This document shows, in pieces, positions 38,968 through 49,935 of a stretch of DNA of 64,000 nucleotides. The stretch is from NCBI GenBank assembly GCA_963787125.1, contig CAWBBV010000014.1, positions 57,794 to 121,793 on the forward strand, given 5' to 3'. Position 1 is the stretch's first letter; the number at the start of each line of letters is the position of its first letter. The notes below the pieces were generated by a model. It did no database searches, was not told the origin of the DNA, and was given only the letters and a program-made list of their open reading frames with translations. This DNA comes from an uncultured delta proteobacterium. Lineage in GTDB: Bacteria; Desulfobacterota; Desulfuromonadia; Geobacterales; DSM-12255. Both the position numbers and the translations under genes were made by a program.

Positions 38968-40077
38968 TCATTTTATAAGAACCTTGTTTTGATAAAGAAT
39001 ATTCATTACCGTTTCATAAACAATATCAACGGTAATTTCGTCCAAGCATTTAACCCCGTAAGGGCATACCGGGGTAGTACCAAAAAGAGTACATGGCGAG
39101 CAGTGAAGCTTTCTGTTGATAACCTTATGGATAGCTCGTCTTGGTGCCCACTTGTTCGCAATACCAGCCCCGAAAAATGAAACCGTCGGAACTCCCAACC
39201 CTACCCCCAGATGAAGCACCCCTGAATCTCCACTGACTAACAGGCTTGATTTCCTGATCAAGGCAGCTGTACCGGCAATTGTGGTTTTACCTGCGAGATT
39301 GAGTGCCGTAGATCCCGATATAATCGCTTCACCTGAATGATTATCAGCGCTACTGCCAATAATTACTGAATTGACACCATTTACGGCTATTCTACGCACC
39401 AATAATCGGAATTTTGCACTGCCCCAGCGTCTCTCCCTAACACTTGCCCCTGGAAAGATCGTTATATATGGGGTAGTTATGCTGTTTAAAAGATTGTCAG
39501 TCTCTTTTACAGCACTTTCAGCAAGAGAAAGAAACGATGCTGAATAGTCAAAATCATCTGTAATGCCGAGTGGACTGAGAAGGTTCAAAAAGCTGATTGC
39601 TTCATAGTCATCCTGCGCATAAGGAATCACGTGGGTAAAAAGTCGGCGTCTTTCATTGGTATCAAATCCGATTTTCATAGCCGAAGGAATAAGTCGCGCT
39701 ACAACTGCTGACAATCTGTGCCACTGTTCGCTATCAATAATAAGGTCATATCTGGACCGGGTCAGCTGGATGAAATCTGCGGGGTTATCATAAAGGAGCA
39801 GCTTATCAATACCTTTAATAAGAGAAAATGCTCCGGCATTTCTGCTCTCAGCGAGTACAGTTATTGTTATGTCAGGAAGGTGCAACTTTAATGAATTTAT
39901 TGCCGGACCGAGAAGCAGCGCATCACCGATCCCACCAGGACGAATTACCAACACTGATCTTACTGTGCTGGAAGGACGAATTGTCGGGATAGGTAACAGG
40001 TTAACAAGCTGACTGCCAATAAAAGAATCGATCCGTTTCATCAGCCTTGTCTTTGACTCAGGTGAAATCAGACTCAC
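38968..40077 (-). CDS. Glycosyltransferase family 9 protein (start may be 40041)
   Basis: IRPGGIGD, FPGAS...RRW, SGDSGVLH, CSPC. Confidence 0.88.
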   Translation of the reverse strand: MSLISPESKTRLMKRIDSFIGSQLVNLLPIPTIRPSSTVRSVLVIRPGGIGDALLLGPAINSLKLHLPDITITVLAESRNAGAFSLIKGIDKLLLYDNPADFIQLTRSRYDLIIDSEQWHRLSAVVARLIPSAMKIGFDTNERRRLFTHVIPYAQDDYEAISFLNLLSPLGITDDFDYSASFLSLAESAVKETDNLLNSITTPYITIFPGASVRERRWGSAKFRLLVRRIAVNGVNSVIIGSSADNHSGEAIISGSTALNLAGKTTIAGTAALIRKSSLLVSGDSGVLHLGVGLGVPTVSFFGAGIANKWAPRRAIHKVINRKLHCSPCTLFGTTPVCPYGVKCLDEITVDIVYETVMNILYQNKVLIK

Positions 40078-41450
40078 TCGTCACCCATACCATGCTTTGA
40101 TAGCTTGTAACGAAATGATCTGAACGTCATTCCAAGAGACTCAGCCGCCCTTTTTCTCACTCCACCTGATTTCTCAAGAGCTTTAAGTAAAAAGCGCTTT
40201 TCTATTCCTGCAAGATATCCGTCAAGATCCATACCTACAGAGGGTATCTCAAACTCATCAAAAGAGAGATTATTCTTGCTGAAACGGATAACCTGTTGCG
40301 GCAGCATATCAAGAGTAATTTCAACGGCTCCCAGTGCAATACCCCTTTCAATAATATTTTCAAGTTCTCGCACATTGCCGGGGAACTGATAGCCCCAGAG
40401 AAATCTGAGAGCTTCAGGTGAGAAAACGTTAGAATTAAAGGCTCTTTTACCGGCATGTTTTTTAAAGAAATGTTCGGCAAGTAGTAAAATATCCTCGGTA
40501 CGCTCACGGAGAGGTGGCATGGTCAGCTCGACAACATTGAGCCTGTAAAAAAGATCCTCTCTAAATGTACCTTCCGAAACCTGCGTCTCTAGATCTCTAT
40601 TCGAGGCGGTAATAATCCGTACATCCACTTTTTTAATTTCTGCGCCACCTACCCTTCTAAGTTCACGCTCCTGAAGTACTCGCAATAGTTTTGATTGGAG
40701 AAGAAGTGGAACTTCTCCTATTTCATCAAGAAAAAGGGTACCACCGTTCGCCTGTTCAAAAAGTCCTGGCCTGTCAGTAACAGCACCGGTGAATGAACCT
40801 TTCACATGGCCAAAAAGCTCACTCTCCATAAGAGTTTCAGGTATTGCACCACAATTAACTGCTATAAACGGTTTTGAGCATCTATCACTGTTGAAATGAA
40901 TCGCTTTAGCTGCCAACTCCTTACCAGTACCGCTTTCACCTGAAATCATCACTGTTATAGCAGTTGCTGAAACTTTTTCGATCAGCTCATAAAGGTTAAG
41001 CATTTTGGGACATTTACCTATCAGGCCACTAAAACTGTTTTTTGCTTCAGCCTGTAATCGCAGCAAAGCATTTTCTCTCAGTAGCTGCCCTTTTTCTATC
41101 GCGTTTCTGATAAGCAGTTTAATTTCATCTACCTTAAACGGTTTTGAAATATAATTATAGGCGCCATGTTTCATAGCTTCAACAGCTTGCTCTGTAGTTG
41201 AAAAAGCGGTTATCATCATTACTGCAGTATCAGGTGAAACGGCCTTGATTTTTTCCAGAAGACCTATCCCATCAAGACCCGGCATATTGACATCCGAGAT
41301 TACAAGTTCATACTCTTGTCGGGAAAGATACTTCAAGGCAGCTTCCGAGTTTTCAGCTGTATCAGGAGTGTACCCCTCCCGCTCCAAAAGGATTGACAGG
41401 AATTCCCTCATACTTGTTTCATCGTCTACTATCAGAACTCTTGCACTCAT
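40074..41450 (-). CDS. pilR: Sigma54-dependent response regulator PilR
   Basis: REC domain, [36 protein letters not shown]; follows pilS. Confidence 0.9.
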   Translation of the reverse strand: MSARVLIVDDETSMREFLSILLEREGYTPDTAENSEAALKYLSRQEYELVISDVNMPGLDGIGLLEKIKAVSPDTAVMMITAFSTTEQAVEAMKHGAYNYISKPFKVDEIKLLIRNAIEKGQLLRENALLRLQAEAKNSFSGLIGKCPKMLNLYELIEKVSATAITVMISGESGTGKELAAKAIHFNSDRCSKPFIAVNCGAIPETLMESELFGHVKGSFTGAVTDRPGLFEQANGGTLFLDEIGEVPLLLQSKLLRVLQERELRRVGGAEIKKVDVRIITASNRDLETQVSEGTFREDLFYRLNVVELTMPPLRERTEDILLLAEHFFKKHAGKRAFNSNVFSPEALRFLWGYQFPGNVRELENIIERGIALGAVEITLDMLPQQVIRFSKNNLSFDEFEIPSVGMDLDGYLAGIEKRFLLKALEKSGGVRKRAAESLGMTFRSFRYKLSKHGMGDE

Positions 41451-41481
41451 AAGAAACACTCCGACGAATATGCTACGCTAC

Positions 41482-43143
41482 TCATAAATCTGCTGATTTT
41501 CCAGGAACAGGTAAAGCGATCATAAAAGATGTGCCAGAAGGCTCGCAACTTTCTACCGAGATTGTGCCCTGATGAGCCACTAATATCCGATATACTGAGG
41601 CAAGACCAAGTCCGGAACCTCCCTGCTTGGTTGTAAAAAAAGGTTCAAAAATAAGTTCCATATCTTTTTCAGGAAGACCCTTGCCATTATCTGAAATGGT
41701 AATATAAAGGAATCTGCCTGTTCCGGTTTTTTTGTTTTTATATGATGCTCCCCACGAATAGTTGATAAGTATCTCTCCACCAGAAGTGATAGCTTCAGCA
41801 GCATTAAGGATCAAGTTCCATAAAACCTGATGCATTTGATCATGATCAGCAAATATTTCAATATGCTCTGTTAAACTATTAATAACTACAATCGAGTTAA
41901 ATCTTACATCCCCTTTTAGCAGGGTAACTATATCAGCAACAAGTTTATTGAGTGAAAACCAGTTTCTATTGGGGGGTAATGGTCTTGCATATTGCAAAAA
42001 CTCACTGACCATATTGTCAAGACGCCAAGTCTCTCGTAAAACAATTTCTAAAAGTTTCTTGTCACTGTCCGGAATAGTTCCCGATGCCGCAATAAGCTGA
42101 ACAGAGCCGCTAATTGATGCGAGAGGGTTCCTTACCTCATGGGCAATCCTGGCAGAAAGTTCACCTATTGCTGCAAGTCGGTCTGCTTTTATGAGTTTTT
42201 TCTCCATCTCTCTGATCTCTGTCAAATCCTTAAAGTCAATGACAGCGCCAAGCACAGTTCCTTCTTTATCATAGAGAGGAGTACACTTTACACTCAATAT
42301 CTTTCTCGATCCGCTAATGGCTTGATAAACTATTTCCCTTCTCGCTTCGCTGTGAGTAGTAAGCGATGAGATCTCAAAATCAGAAAATATGTCCTTAAGC
42401 TCAAGATCATAGGCTTCTTCCTGGTTAATACCTGTCAACTCAGAGGCATACCTGTTAAAAACTCTTATTCTGCCAAAACTATTGACAGTAACAAGTCCAC
42501 TGTCAAGTGTTGAGACAATAATACTGTTAAGCCGTTCAAGCTCCTCATAATCAACTTCCTTTTCCTTAAGTGCAGTTTCGCTTTTACGGGCACGTTCAGC
42601 AAGATAACCTGTAAGTATTGCTGTCAGAAGAAACGCCAGCAGATTCGTAAATATAAGTGAAAGGATATAATTGGGACTGTAGGGGTCTTTTGGGTCTCTT
42701 AAAAGTCCGATACCTTGAAGTCGGCCATAAAAATGGAGGTCAATGATTGAACCGTAGATGATTCCACAAAACCCAGCAGTATAGAACGCTTCTCTCCTGC
42801 CAAAGAGAAAGCTTGCACTGATAATGGCAAGATTAAAGAAAAAAGCATAAGTAGATGAAATACCACCGGTCAGAACGACCAGAATTGAGACAAAGAGAGT
42901 CTCCCAGATAATCTGTGCATATCCTAATGTCCGAATAAATGATGAGGTATATCTGAGTACGGTAAGGGAGATAATAGAAAATAAGTAAGTGAATACGATG
43001 AGAAAGGTAACTTCCCTGAGCATCACATCCGGGAAGAAATCAGGCTGTTTTATATTAAAGTATGTTATCGAAACCAGGAAAAGGGATACGACAACCAGCC
43101 TGGCAAAAATAAGCCAGGCAAGGTTTTTTCTCTTTTCGTTCAT
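41482..43143 (-). CDS. pilS: Sensor histidine kinase PilS
   Basis: Multi-TM N-terminus, PAS, AHEVRNPL, FFTTK..GSGLGL. Confidence 0.88.
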   Translation of the reverse strand: MNEKRKNLAWLIFARLVVVSLFLVSITYFNIKQPDFFPDVMLREVTFLIVFTYLFSIISLTVLRYTSSFIRTLGYAQIIWETLFVSILVVLTGGISSTYAFFFNLAIISASFLFGRREAFYTAGFCGIIYGSIIDLHFYGRLQGIGLLRDPKDPYSPNYILSLIFTNLLAFLLTAILTGYLAERARKSETALKEKEVDYEELERLNSIIVSTLDSGLVTVNSFGRIRVFNRYASELTGINQEEAYDLELKDIFSDFEISSLTTHSEARREIVYQAISGSRKILSVKCTPLYDKEGTVLGAVIDFKDLTEIREMEKKLIKADRLAAIGELSARIAHEVRNPLASISGSVQLIAASGTIPDSDKKLLEIVLRETWRLDNMVSEFLQYARPLPPNRNWFSLNKLVADIVTLLKGDVRFNSIVVINSLTEHIEIFADHDQMHQVLWNLILNAAEAITSGGEILINYSWGASYKNKKTGTGRFLYITISDNGKGLPEKDMELIFEPFFTTKQGGSGLGLASVYRILVAHQGTISVESCEPSGTSFMIALPVPGKSADL

Positions 43144-44355
43144 TTACCCGACCGCGCCCGCAAGTTTGAATATAGGAAGATACATGGCGACTACAAGACC
43201 ACCGACTGTAACACCAAGAAAAAGCATTAGCAAAGGCTCCATCATCGCAGTAAGATTACCTACCGCATCATCGACCTCATCATCATAAAAATCGGCCACC
43301 TTGTTCAACATGGTATCCATGGCGCCAGTTGCCTCACCTACCGCTATCATCTGTACTACCATGGGGGGGAAAACGCCACTTTCACCAAGCGGTTCGGCCA
43401 TGGTTTTCCCTTCTGAGATAGCTTGCCGGACCTTATAAATGGCTTCCTCAACAATCTTATTACCTGCAGTTTTTGCTACAATCTCAAGTCCATCCATAAT
43501 AGGCACACCGCTACTGATCATTGTCCCGAGTGTTCTGGTAAATTTTGCAACCGAAACTTTTCTAATTAGCACTCCCACTACCGGTAATTTCAAAAAAAAT
43601 CCGTCCATTAATTTTCTGCCAACAGGAGTAGCATAATACTTACCGATAGCGACTTTGATACCGTAAAAAGCACCTATGATGACAAGAATATATCTCTGCA
43701 GAAAGTTACTTAATGCAATGACAATTAGTGTAGGCATTGGCAGCGTCCCACCAAAATCTGCAAACATTTTGGCAAAGGTTGGAATAACAAAAACCAGAAT
43801 AACACCTATAACAACAATGGCTATAGAGATAATAGTAGCTGGGTAAACCATGGCTCCTTTTACCTGTTTTTTGAGTTTCAGATCTTTTTCTATGTAAGCT
43901 GCAAGCCGATTCAGAATCGTATCGAGAATACCACCTACCTCACCGGCAGCAATCAGGTTGACATATAATTGATCGAATATTTTAGGATGTTTTGCTAAAG
44001 CATCGGCAAAAGTGGAACCGCTTTCAACGGACTCTTTAATATTGTACAGAGCTGCCTTGAATGATTTGTTCAATTGTTGACTTGCCAGAATATCAAGACA
44101 CTGTACAAGAGGCAGCCCTGAATCTATCATTGTTGCAAACTGCCTGGTAAATATTACTAGGTCTTTAGTAGCAACCCTACTGCCACCTTTGCCGAAGAGC
44201 TGGAATTGCCCCCCACTTTTCTCAGCCTTTATAGATATGCCGGTAAAACCGTATTTTTTAAGTTGAGCCTCGACCATGGACTCATTGCCCGCATCCATGA
44301 CCCCTTTTTGCTGCGCTCCAGCCTTGGTTCTGGCTTCCCAAGCGAATTTAGGCAT
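43144..44355 (-). CDS. pilC: Type IV pilus platform protein PilC
   Basis: FTRQFATMI.SG, AGEVGG.LD, MYLPIF. Confidence 0.94.
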   Translation of the reverse strand: MPKFAWEARTKAGAQQKGVMDAGNESMVEAQLKKYGFTGISIKAEKSGGQFQLFGKGGSRVATKDLVIFTRQFATMIDSGLPLVQCLDILASQQLNKSFKAALYNIKESVESGSTFADALAKHPKIFDQLYVNLIAAGEVGGILDTILNRLAAYIEKDLKLKKQVKGAMVYPATIISIAIVVIGVILVFVIPTFAKMFADFGGTLPMPTLIVIALSNFLQRYILVIIGAFYGIKVAIGKYYATPVGRKLMDGFFLKLPVVGVLIRKVSVAKFTRTLGTMISSGVPIMDGLEIVAKTAGNKIVEEAIYKVRQAISEGKTMAEPLGESGVFPPMVVQMIAVGEATGAMDTMLNKVADFYDDEVDDAVGNLTAMMEPLLMLFLGVTVGGLVVAMYLPIFKLAGAVG

Positions 44356-44370
44356 AATATATTACTCCGA

Positions 44371-45474
44371 CTATCTAGTTTGTGGGCGACGCTGCGTACC
44401 GGAAGGAATTCCGGCATTACCGATCATCTGTTTAAGCTCATCAGGTTCAGAAGAACGCCCCAAAGCATCGTCCAGCGTTATCTGCCTGCGAGTGTAAAGA
44501 AGACTCAGACACTGATTCATTGTCTGCATCCCGAATTTGTCCTGACCGACTTGCATTTGTGAGTATATCTGATGGACTTTATCTTCTCTGATGAGGTTCC
44601 TTATTGCAGGGTTAGGCACCATTACTTCAAGTGCAAGTGCACGTCCGGAACCACCAGCCTTAGGGATGAGAATCTGAGAGAGAACGCCTTCGAGAACAAA
44701 AGAGAGCTGCGTTCTTACTTGAGTTTGTTGATACGGCGGAAATACGTCAATAATTCTGTTAATGGTCTGGACACAGGAATTTGTGTGAAGAGTAGCCAGA
44801 CAAAGGTGCCCGGTTTCTGCAAGGGTCAGAGCAGCCTCTATAGTCTCCAGATCTCTAAGCTCACCAACAAGGACAACATCCGGATCCTGCCTGAGAACAT
44901 ATTTCAAAGCATTTTTGAAAGCTTTTGTGTCTGCGCCAACTTCACGCTGATTAACAAGACAGCCTTTGTGAGGGTGTAGGTATTCGATTGGATCCTCAAT
45001 TGTAACTATGTGATCATGTCTGTCAGTATTAATTTTATCGATCATAGAGGCAAGAGTTGTAGATTTGCCACTACCAGTCGGTCCGGTAACAAGAATTAGA
45101 CCTCTTGACTTCTCGCAAAGATCCCTGACAATCGGCGGAAGACCAAGCTCTTCGAATGTGAGAATTTTATAGGGAATGACTCGAAAAACGCCGGCAACTG
45201 CGCCTCGCTGAACAAAGATGTTTCCACGGAATCGGGAAAGACCTTTAACGCCAAAAGAGAGGTCAAGTTCATTCTCTTCTTCAAATTTATGTTTTTGTGC
45301 TTCGGTAAGAACACTGTAGCAAAGCTGCTTGGTTTCAACTGACGACATTGGCGGAAGATTAGTAGGGGTTAACTCGCCGTCAATTCTTAATTGAGGGGGG
45401 GTATTAGTTGTAATGTGCAGATCAGAACCGTTTCTTTCAACAAGCTCTTTCAAGAGTTGATGCAGATTTATCAT
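44371..45474 (-). CDS. pilT: Type IV pilus retraction ATPase PilT
   Basis: GPTGSGKSTT, RQDPD, AETGH, AIRNLIRE. Confidence 0.96.
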   Translation of the reverse strand: MINLHQLLKELVERNGSDLHITTNTPPQLRIDGELTPTNLPPMSSVETKQLCYSVLTEAQKHKFEEENELDLSFGVKGLSRFRGNIFVQRGAVAGVFRVIPYKILTFEELGLPPIVRDLCEKSRGLILVTGPTGSGKSTTLASMIDKINTDRHDHIVTIEDPIEYLHPHKGCLVNQREVGADTKAFKNALKYVLRQDPDVVLVGELRDLETIEAALTLAETGHLCLATLHTNSCVQTINRIIDVFPPYQQTQVRTQLSFVLEGVLSQILIPKAGGSGRALALEVMVPNPAIRNLIREDKVHQIYSQMQVGQDKFGMQTMNQCLSLLYTRRQITLDDALGRSSEPDELKQMIGNAGIPSGTQRRPQTR

Positions 45475-45482
45475 GAGTGCCC

Positions 45483-47189
45483 CTAATCGTCAGAAACTGT
45501 TGTACGAAGGACTTCTTCAAGAGAAGTTACACCTTCTTTCATTTTAGTCAGCCCGGATTGGCGCATAGTTTTAATTCCAAGTCTCATTGATTCACGCTTA
45601 ATTTCGGCAGTATTGGCACCATTTAGAATAAGTTCCCTGATCGGCTCAAGCATCGGCAGAACCTGATAGAAACCTACCCTTCCCTTATAACCGGTACTGT
45701 TACATTTTGGACAACCGGCACCTTTGTAACAGACAAAATCTTTTGCCTCTTCTGGAGAAATACCGGCATCGATAAGAGCCTTTTCCGGGATGTCATCAAC
45801 TACCTTGCACTCAGTGCAGACTCGTCTCGCAAGCCTTTGAGCTGTAATCAGATTTACGGCGGATGCCACCAGAAAAGGCTCGATTCCCATATTTAAGAGA
45901 CGATTGATTGTCGAAGGGGCATCATTGGTATGCAAGGTTGAAAGCACTAAATGGCCGGTTAGTGCGGCCTTAACTCCAATCTCGGCAGTTTCAAAGTCAC
46001 GTATTTCGCCTATCATTATTATGTCCGGATCTTGGCGGAGAAAAGAGCGTAGAGCGGCAGCAAAGTTTAGACCGATGTCCTCATGCATCTGCACCTGATT
46101 TATCCCGGCAAAGTTAAATTCAACAGGGTCTTCAGCAGTAGAGATATTTTCGCTGGGCTTGTTCAGCTCTGCAAGCGCGGAGTAGAGCGAAACCGTTTTG
46201 CCGCTACCGGTCGGCCCGGTAACCAGAACCATGCCAAAAGGTTTGTGTATCTCTTTTTGAAATCGCGCCAGCGCATCAGGCTCATAACCAAGTTTAGTTA
46301 AATCTGTCTGCAGATTTGATTTATCAAGGAGACGCATGACGATTTTCTCGCCAAAAAGCGTCGGCAGTACTGAAACTCGATAATCCATATCCTTGCCGCC
46401 ACCGAGCTTGATTTTGATACGTCCGTCCTGAGGCAAACGGCGCTCGGCGATATCGAGTTCAGCCATAATCTTAATACGCGAAGTAATAGCGTTTTTCAGT
46501 TTCAAAGGCGGCTTCATCACCTCGTAAAGAATCCCGTCAATCCGGTATCTTACCCTAAAAGTACGTTCATAAGGCTCTATATGAATATCACTCGCCTTCT
46601 TTTTGATCGCATCAGTAAGGATGAGATTGACCAGCTTTACAACGGGAGCATCTTCGGTTGCACGCTCAAGGGAAGATACATCTACTTCCTCCTCATCACC
46701 TATAACCTCAAAATCCTCCATCTCCATCTCACCCATAACATCCGCGAGTGAAGCAGACTGATCATAAAATTTGTCTATTGAGGCCTTTAACGCAGCCTCA
46801 GACGCAACAACAACCTCAACATTGTAGCCGGTCATGAATTTTATATCATCAACTGCAAAGATATTGGATGGGTCACTCATGGCGACTATTAGCGTTGAAC
46901 CGGCTCTATTTACCGGAATTATCTGGTATTTTTGTGCAATATCAACAGGAATTATTTTAATGACGGCAGGATCTACTTCCAACTCGGCAAGATTTATTGA
47001 AGGAACGCCGTACTGTTTTGAAAGAAACGATGTAAGATCATGTTCGGAAATGAAACCGTTTTTTATAAGTATTGTTCCGAGTCTGAGTTGACCTGATGAC
47101 TCTTTCTGTTCCTCAAGCGATCTGGCAAGATGCTCTCTGGTGATCAGATTATTTGAGACCAGAAGTTCTCCCAGGCGGCTCATCTGCAT
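45483..47189 (-). CDS. pilB: Type IV pilus assembly ATPase PilB
   Basis: RLGELLV N-terminus, GPTGSGKT, RQDPD, CxxC pairs, GYKGR. Confidence 0.95.
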   Translation of the reverse strand: MQMSRLGELLVSNNLITREHLARSLEEQKESSGQLRLGTILIKNGFISEHDLTSFLSKQYGVPSINLAELEVDPAVIKIIPVDIAQKYQIIPVNRAGSTLIVAMSDPSNIFAVDDIKFMTGYNVEVVVASEAALKASIDKFYDQSASLADVMGEMEMEDFEVIGDEEEVDVSSLERATEDAPVVKLVNLILTDAIKKKASDIHIEPYERTFRVRYRIDGILYEVMKPPLKLKNAITSRIKIMAELDIAERRLPQDGRIKIKLGGGKDMDYRVSVLPTLFGEKIVMRLLDKSNLQTDLTKLGYEPDALARFQKEIHKPFGMVLVTGPTGSGKTVSLYSALAELNKPSENISTAEDPVEFNFAGINQVQMHEDIGLNFAAALRSFLRQDPDIIMIGEIRDFETAEIGVKAALTGHLVLSTLHTNDAPSTINRLLNMGIEPFLVASAVNLITAQRLARRVCTECKVVDDIPEKALIDAGISPEEAKDFVCYKGAGCPKCNSTGYKGRVGFYQVLPMLEPIRELILNGANTAEIKRESMRLGIKTMRQSGLTKMKEGVTSLEEVLRTTVSDD

Positions 47190-47237
47190 AATTAAAAACC
47201 CCTATACACCTAACTGAACTTTATAAGTTAATGTTAA

Positions 47238-47266
47238 ATATTAGTTCTCATAAGACAGTGTGTCAA
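47238..47266 (-). promoter_or_regulatory. Sigma70-type promoter of pilB operon
   Basis: TTGACA-N17-TAATAT on the minus strand. Confidence 0.7.
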
Positions 47267-47288
47267 GAACATCATTCCATCAAAAGGT

Positions 47289-49154
47289 TTATTTTACACC
47301 ATAGCGGGCAAGTGTCTGATTAACCTCACTGGCAACTTCAGGCGCGATTCTGGCAGCTATACGCAAACTCTCAAGACCTTCGCTCAGACGATTCTCACTA
47401 ATCAGCACTTCAGCGACCTCCATCCGGCTGTTGGCATAGATCAGAATAGCCTTGCCAGTATCAAGATCCCTGAAAAACATTTCTTTTCCCATAAATCCGC
47501 GGGTGGCATACAGATCCCACACAGACATATCAGGAGTACTTTTCGTTGGAGAACCGGCAGCGTATAACTGGTAGGTAACACCTTTCTGAATAAACTTATA
47601 CCCTGAAAACGGCACAGAAAACCTGGTAGAATAGTCTATAAGGACAGGCCTTAAAGGGTATTGCTCGGCTGCGGCCAGCAGAAGGACGTTTTCCGGTGAT
47701 TGTGAATCCAAGGGGATACGTCTGAGAATGCTGTTTTTAAATAGTCGCGGGAAACCATCGATATACCAGTCAAATACCAGATGAGGTGTATGGACTATAT
47801 CAAGATCTTCCCGCATTTTTTCAACACCCTGAATGTACCAGAGAGGAAAAGCACCGCTATCGCCCCAAGTATAGAGAATCGCGCCATTTTGAGCTGAACG
47901 GAGAACGTTTGACCCGTAATCATAAGCGACATAATTATTATGCTGATCGTTTTTGACATAATTAAGAGCGCAGACAGTCGCCGGGAGGAGGATAAGTGCC
48001 AAAAAAGCTGTTGCCCAGGGAATACGGCTATTTTCAGCAAAACTCGTTCTGTTTACGAGCAACAGGACTTTACTCACCATATAGTAAAGTCCCATACCAA
48101 TAAAAACAGCAGAATACATGTAAAGAGGTGTGAAAAACTCTTCCGTAAGAAAAATAAGCTCAAGTGGAGCGTTAAAGTGACCGACAATTACCGTAAGAAA
48201 GCTGATCAGTGCGATTAAATATGCCAGGATTTCATCTCTTCTCTTCAAGAAATATATCCCTATTCCTATCAGCATGATAAAAAGCCCAAAAACGGTAAAC
48301 TCAAAGGGAATGTTAAAAGCGTTAATCTGACTCCAGAGAAGCGACCAGCCCCTTTCTACTTTTTCTGACGGATAACCCTTTCTGAGGAAGTGCCACAAAA
48401 ACTGCTCTTTTGTCTGGGGATCACCCCAGTTGAGAAGTGGAAACTTGGAGGCGCGTATCGGTAGATGAAGGTTGATTGCGAAACCCAGAATTCCGAAGAC
48501 AAACGCTGCGATGAAATCTCTTATCCTGAAAACAATTTTCCAATTCATCGTCAGTATGAGGAATGCAAAGGAAGGGATCATGAGAATTATCGTCTGATGC
48601 GTCCCGGTTGCAAGGCCGGAGAGAAATGCCGCCATAAAGATGAAAGACGGCCTCTCATTACCTTCTCTGTATGAGTCACGCCACCGTAAAACCAGATAAA
48701 GAGTTATTGCAACGATAAACGCAAGAAGCGGATAAGGTTTATCATGATTGGATTGCAGCCAGAGGCGAGGAGAACAGCAAAACGCTACCGCAGCTGCCAG
48801 CGCAGCTCCTTTTTTCACCAAACTGTCCAGTGATTTATTAGCGGAGATCTGCTCTTTTTGCAGCAGATAAACCGTGAGCAGATAGGTTCCGTAACAAGCA
48901 AGTGCTCCTGAAACCGCGGTTGCAAAATTGACCCGGAAAGCAACACTTCCAAAAGGAAGCCAAGTGAATGGCTTGCCGTAATTGACAAAAAATGGATATC
49001 CGGGGGAGTGCGGTGAACCAAGGCAAGATATGGCCGTTATAAACTCACCACTATCAAAGAAAGTTACCGAAGGAGCAAGAGTCAGAAGGTAAATGGAAAG
49101 TGGTATGGTAAACGCCAGAATTGAGAAAATATCAAGTCTTCTAGTAAGTGACAT
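47289..49154 (-). CDS. DUF2723 / TMEM260-like membrane glycosyltransferase
   Basis: TLAPSVTFFDSGEF, HSPGYP, LNWGDP, ~10 TM helices, GDSGAFPLWY.Q..E..R.D. Confidence 0.78.
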   Translation of the reverse strand: MSLTRRLDIFSILAFTIPLSIYLLTLAPSVTFFDSGEFITAISCLGSPHSPGYPFFVNYGKPFTWLPFGSVAFRVNFATAVSGALACYGTYLLTVYLLQKEQISANKSLDSLVKKGAALAAAVAFCCSPRLWLQSNHDKPYPLLAFIVAITLYLVLRWRDSYREGNERPSFIFMAAFLSGLATGTHQTIILMIPSFAFLILTMNWKIVFRIRDFIAAFVFGILGFAINLHLPIRASKFPLLNWGDPQTKEQFLWHFLRKGYPSEKVERGWSLLWSQINAFNIPFEFTVFGLFIMLIGIGIYFLKRRDEILAYLIALISFLTVIVGHFNAPLELIFLTEEFFTPLYMYSAVFIGMGLYYMVSKVLLLVNRTSFAENSRIPWATAFLALILLPATVCALNYVKNDQHNNYVAYDYGSNVLRSAQNGAILYTWGDSGAFPLWYIQGVEKMREDLDIVHTPHLVFDWYIDGFPRLFKNSILRRIPLDSQSPENVLLLAAAEQYPLRPVLIDYSTRFSVPFSGYKFIQKGVTYQLYAAGSPTKSTPDMSVWDLYATRGFMGKEMFFRDLDTGKAILIYANSRMEVAEVLISENRLSEGLESLRIAARIAPEVASEVNQTLARYGVK

Positions 49155-49186
49155 GAGTGATCTACCTCGGAGTGAAATATTGACTG

Positions 49187-49924
49187 CTACAGGCTCTTTC
49201 TGGCAGTGACAAAATAGCCATTCCCATAATCTGTATTAAAGAAAAGACGTTGGAGAGCATAAAAAGGTATCATTGTTATGTCATTGAAAAGCAGAAAAAA
49301 CAAAGGAGTAAGATCGGTAAAGAGCCACATTCCACCACTTTTCTCTGTTTTTTCCTGATTCAGCCCATCCTTATCATACTGTTTCTCAATAGCCTTGTCG
49401 TAGAAGGGTTTCATAAGATTATAGAGCGGCACTCCGTATGACAATATCTTAATCGAAGAAAATCCTGTTTGTGAAAGTTTTTGCGTAAGCTCTTCGCGCT
49501 CATAGCGTCTGATATGGCCGCAGAAATCATCGTTTCTACCCCATTTTTCCATATGTGCCGGGACTGTCAGGAAGAGTTGACCGTCATCAGTCAACCGCTC
49601 TTTCAGGAGACTGAGGAAAGATACGTCATCTTCCCAGTGTTCCATGACTTCTGAAGCAATAACAGCATCGAATTTTGTGGCTATCTCTTTAAAATCGACC
49701 ATAGAGACCGTTACCCGGCTACTAAGTTTCAGATCACTGGCAGCTTGATAAGCATCCGGTGAAATCTCTACCCCCATGCCCGAATAACCAAGTCGATCAA
49801 GAGACCGGAGGAGATCTCCTGCTCCACAGCCGACTTCAAGAAAGGTTTTAGCCGAACTCTTTGTCAGAGCTTCAATTATGACTTTACGTTTAAGCAGATA
49901 GCTTGGCGTCGGATACCACTTCAT
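49187..49924 (-). CDS. Class I SAM-dependent methyltransferase
   Basis: LEVGCGAG, SEVMEH..DD, GHIRRY. Confidence 0.85.
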   Translation of the reverse strand: MKWYPTPSYLLKRKVIIEALTKSSAKTFLEVGCGAGDLLRSLDRLGYSGMGVEISPDAYQAASDLKLSSRVTVSMVDFKEIATKFDAVIASEVMEHWEDDVSFLSLLKERLTDDGQLFLTVPAHMEKWGRNDDFCGHIRRYEREELTQKLSQTGFSSIKILSYGVPLYNLMKPFYDKAIEKQYDKDGLNQEKTEKSGGMWLFTDLTPLFFLLFNDITMIPFYALQRLFFNTDYGNGYFVTARKSL

Positions 49925-49935
49925 ATCTTCACCCC

